Of a stretch of DNA of 64,000 nt, positions 61,654 through 64,000 are shown in pieces (the stretch's first letter is position 1; the number at the start of each line of letters is the position of its first letter). Position numbers and translations under genes: made by a program. The notes under the pieces were generated by a model that had not been told where the DNA came from, searched no databases, and saw only the letters and a program-made list of their open reading frames with translations. Origin of the DNA: a virus (taxonomy: Duplodnaviria > Caudoviricetes); IMG/VR virus record IMGVR_UViG_2974556029_000001, positions 16,298 to 80,297 of that record; one strand, written 5' to 3'.

Positions 61654-61957
61654 GGGACTTCGTCCTTATGGGGGATGGCGCGGGGTGCGCCGTGGGGGGA
61701 TTGCTCGGAAACTCAGGTGTGCGGCGCCGTCCCGGAAGATCGGCCCCGATAGCGCGCCCTCCCGCTGCTCCCGCTCCACCCCCAGACCTGAAAGGGAAGG
61801 GAAACACCCCTCAGACCAAGCCCCGCCATCAGCAGAGCCCAGACAGGCCGGGGAATTGGGGAGGAGGAGGGCGGCCCGCTCGCGATCGAAATTCCACGGC
61901 CGCCGGCTTGGCGGGGCGTGGGTTCGAGACGCGCGGGGGTGTCTCTCCTATGGCAGA

Positions 61958-62332
61958 TCAGTCGCCCGGCGCGACACAGTCCCAGTTTCCGACGGTGTTG
62001 CCGTTCTGGTCGCGCACGTTGCCGGCGCGGTTGCCGCTCTCCACGCTTTCGGCGATTTGCCTAAGGATTTCGGCGGCTTGCTGCTCGGGCTCCTGGGCGA
62101 AAGCGTCGTTCCCCATGCCGAACCAGAGCGAGAATTGCGGGCCTTCGGTGTTCATCCGGTCCACGGCCTCTAGGGCCGCGTCCACGTCGCGGGCCTGCTG
62201 GTTGAAGTGGCTCGCGGCTTCGATCGCCTCGGCGATACTGGCGCGGCGATAGGCGGCTTGCGCGGCCTCACGGTAGAACGCGGCCGAGGTATGCAGCGCT
62301 TGAATGATGGTCTTGAGGGTAGCTTGATCCAT
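61958..62332 (-). CDS. Hypothetical early protein
   Basis: CCCTGACAGGAG leader; E.G...G.V.D.NGNTVG.W C-terminal motif. Confidence 0.6.
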   Translation of the reverse strand: MDQATLKTIIQALHTSAAFYREAAQAAYRRASIAEAIEAASHFNQQARDVDAALEAVDRMNTEGPQFSLWFGMGNDAFAQEPEQQAAEILRQIAESVESGNRAGNVRDQNGNTVGNWDCVAPGD

Positions 62333-62476
62333 GGTGCGGCTCCTGTCAGGGGGCGGAATTGTCCCCGATCGGGAACAACCATAAGGCAGAAACGACTAGC
62401 GCGTGCCCCGATCGTCCCCGAATTGGGGACGGTTATTTCAGCGGGTCGCGGGTCGGATAGCGAAAAAGTTGCGTGG

Positions 62477-62860
62477 CTACTGCGAAACCGCCTTTGCGGC
62501 CGTGGTGAAGCGCCAGCCAGCAGCCCAGGCGCGCGCCTTCTCTTCGAAGCCGGGCGGGCGCGGATGGTCACGCCCTGAGACGTCCCGTGTGGCGGTGAGG
62601 TAGGGGTTATGCGCCTCAGTGTAGCCCAGGCGCGCCGCGTCCATCCCGTCCGACATGATCGCAGCGAGGGGGAAGTGGGCGTGATCCCAGGACCTGGGCG
62701 CCGGGGAACGCTCCCAGGACCAACGCGCGATCGGGGACAGCTCAGCCCAGGAAACGCGCGGCGTGCGCCTGCTGTCTCCATTCAGGGGGCGAGCTGCAAC
62801 GTCCGCCTCATAGGCGAGCTGAGCGAGGGAGGGGGCGCGGGCGATGGTGGCGGCTTGCAT
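62477..62860 (-). CDS. Protein with RMF-like C-terminal motif
   Basis: G.DAARLGY...HNPY...AWAAGW. Confidence 0.5.
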   Translation of the reverse strand: MQAATIARAPSLAQLAYEADVAARPLNGDSRRTPRVSWAELSPIARWSWERSPAPRSWDHAHFPLAAIMSDGMDAARLGYTEAHNPYLTATRDVSGRDHPRPPGFEEKARAWAAGWRFTTAAKAVSQ

Positions 62861-62894
62861 GTCAGGTGTTCCCGATCGGGCTCAAATGAGGGGG

Positions 62895-63053
62895 TTACAG
62901 ATAGGCGCGCTTAATGCGCTGGGCTTCAGCCAGCGAGGCGGCGCGGAACCCCTCGCTCTTGGTCTTGTCCTTCGCCTCGCGCATGCACCGGTCATAGCGG
63001 GCCTTGTAGCGGGCGCGTTGTTCACGTTCGGCGGGGGTGAGGGTAGAGCGCAT
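62895..63053 (-). CDS. Small basic protein (52 aa, MRSTLTPAEREQ...)
   Basis: Translated by hand; below the ORF-track cut-off. Confidence 0.5.
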   Translation of the reverse strand: MRSTLTPAEREQRARYKARYDRCMREAKDKTKSEGFRAASLAEAQRIKRAYL

Positions 63054-63075
63054 GTTGATTGTTCCCGATCGGGGC

Positions 63076-63240
63076 TCAAGCGGAGAGCAAGGCGAAGGAA
63101 AAGCCGCAAGCGGCGGATGACAGGACCAGGAGATAGGCGGCCCTCACGGGGCGGCGGCTACCCACGGCCATGGCGTAGAGCCCGACCATGCAACCGACCC
63201 CCATAGCGGCGACCCCGCCCAGGTGCAGGGCGGTTCTCAC
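63076..63240 (-). CDS. Small membrane protein (54 aa)
   Basis: GTG overlaps the upstream stop; two hydrophobic segments. Confidence 0.45.
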   Translation of the reverse strand: MRTALHLGGVAAMGVGCMVGLYAMAVGSRRPVRAAYLLVLSSAACGFSFALLSA

Positions 63241-63419
63241 GCCGCACCCATGCGGCGCAGGTCAAACAGGGCCGATTGGCGCTTGACCTGGGCGACCATG
63301 ACCCGCCGCTCATGACGGGCGCGGGCCGCCTCGCTAGTGGCAAGGGCCAGAGCGGCGAGGGCGTGCGACAGCTCGCGTTCAGCGCGGGCCAGCAGACGGG
63401 AGGCGCTACGGGCTTCCAT
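63237..63419 (-). CDS. Small helical protein
   Basis: 60 aa, GGAG SD. Confidence 0.5.
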   Translation of the reverse strand: MEARSASRLLARAERELSHALAALALATSEAARARHERRVMVAQVKRQSALFDLRRMGAA

Positions 63420-63420
63420 G

Positions 63421-63549
63421 TTAGATCACTCCGAAGAGGCGCAGCAGCAGCGCCCAGAGGAAGGCCGAGGCGAGGAACGCCCAGACCAGGGGAAGGCGAC
63501 GGGAGGCGGGCCGCACGGGCGCGCCGGTGAAGGGGACGGGGAGGGACAT
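63421..63549 (-). CDS. Small single-TM protein (42 aa)
   Basis: Its start overlaps the upstream stop; LVWAFLASAFLWALLLRLFGVI. Confidence 0.5.
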   Translation of the reverse strand: MSLPVPFTGAPVRPASRRLPLVWAFLASAFLWALLLRLFGVI

Positions 63550-63842
63550 CAGGCGCGCGCCAACGTGGGGACCATCGCGCCGCCATGCGACACATTCACG
63601 GGGATAAGCCCAAGGGTCCACTGCACCCGCACGCCATCGGCCTCAGTCCCATAGGTGACATGGGAGCCGGTGGCGCGGACCAGTTGCCCAGCCTCACCAC
63701 GCCCGGCCAGCTCGAAGCGAGCGCCGCCGGTGTGAGGGTCAACGCTGTAGAGGACGCACGCCATGCGGTGGTGCTGAGGGCGCACGATGCGGGCGAGATG
63801 CGCCGGGGTGCGCTGGCGAAGGATGCGGGCGATAAGCGCCAT
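63549..63842 (-). CDS. First early gene, hypothetical (97 aa)
   Basis: ATG 8 nt after CCTGACAGGAG; MALIARILRQ... Confidence 0.55.
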   Translation of the reverse strand: MALIARILRQRTPAHLARIVRPQHHRMACVLYSVDPHTGGARFELAGRGEAGQLVRATGSHVTYGTEADGVRVQWTLGLIPVNVSHGGAMVPTLARA

Positions 63843-63935
63843 GTCACTTGCTCCTGTCAGGTAGGGAAGGCTACCCTTCCCCTTGTGGCCCCGGCTGCTC
63901 CCCGATGGAGCGGCCCCGAACCAAAGCGACAACCA

Positions 63936-63964
63936 ACTATGGGACAGCAGACCCAAAACCACAA
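63936..63964 (-). promoter_or_regulatory. Putative leftward early promoter near the window end
   Basis: TTGTGG-N17-CATAGT; shares GGGACAGCAGACC with the 59688 element. Confidence 0.4.
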
Positions 63965-64000
63965 GAAAATAGAGGGGGGGGGTACCCTGGGAGATCGAGT

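Larger units (their letters stand above)
62359..63075. promoter_or_regulatory. Cluster of palindromic CCCGATCGGG-type operator-like sites
   Basis: Sites at 62359-62378, 62414-62430 (variant), 62867-62880 and 63059-63075. Confidence 0.6.

Noticed and set aside
61800-61870. Minus-frame peptide SPIPRPVWALLMAGLGL resembling a PEP-CTERM/PEPxxWA sorting signal
   Set aside because: No start codon or SD nearby, spacing is off by one residue and the basic tail is missing; probably chance or an unrecognisable relic.
61895-61945. tRNA-like GTGGGTTCGAGAC segment
   Set aside because: The T-stem does not pair and no acceptor, D or anticodon arms can be built.
1-64000. Integrase/att site, CI repressor, CRISPR array, transposase, reverse transcriptase, rRNA/tRNA, CtrA boxes (TTAA-N7-TTAA)
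   Set aside because: None recognised by eye in this window; the head/packaging part of the genome is outside it, so absence from the phage is not established.
1-64000. Assignment to a named phage or exact host species
   Set aside because: Cannot be supported without a database search; only the alphaproteobacterial/Caulobacteraceae affinity is inferred from SSB and DnaG.

Overview
The whole window looks like a contiguous part of a GC-rich, long-tailed dsDNA siphophage of an alphaproteobacterial host, most likely Caulobacteraceae, judged from the host-like SSB and DnaG. No integrase, att site, CI-type repressor, tRNA or CRISPR array is visible. Layout: (1) 1-21.7 kb, + strand late operon: head-completion/neck genes, tail tube, tail chaperone with a -1 frameshift, 1.8k-aa tape measure, tail tip, a lower-GC fibre/tailspike module, a counter-oriented BTLCP-like protease, and lysis genes (holin-like, GH19 endolysin, nested spanins). 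(2) 21.8-32.0 kb, - strand recombination/nuclease arm (DUF1643, RNase H, ExoX-like, RecT, RecE-like, SMC-like ATPase). (3) 32.1-44.4 kb, + strand replication arm (Cro-like, SSB, RuvC, two MTases, gp88-like, DnaB, lambda-O-like initiator with iterons). (4) 44.4-64 kb, - strand arm with DnaG, Dam-like MTase, HNH, a stand-alone degenerate terminase nuclease domain, MazG-like, ASCH, WYL, DnaN and many small early genes, ending at a G-run that may be near the genome terminus. Most notable: terminase-derived fragments outside the packaging module, recurring leader/operator motifs in the early region, several structured intergenic RNAs, a BTLCP protease and three RMF-like proteins. All family assignments come from motif recognition by eye, not from database searches.
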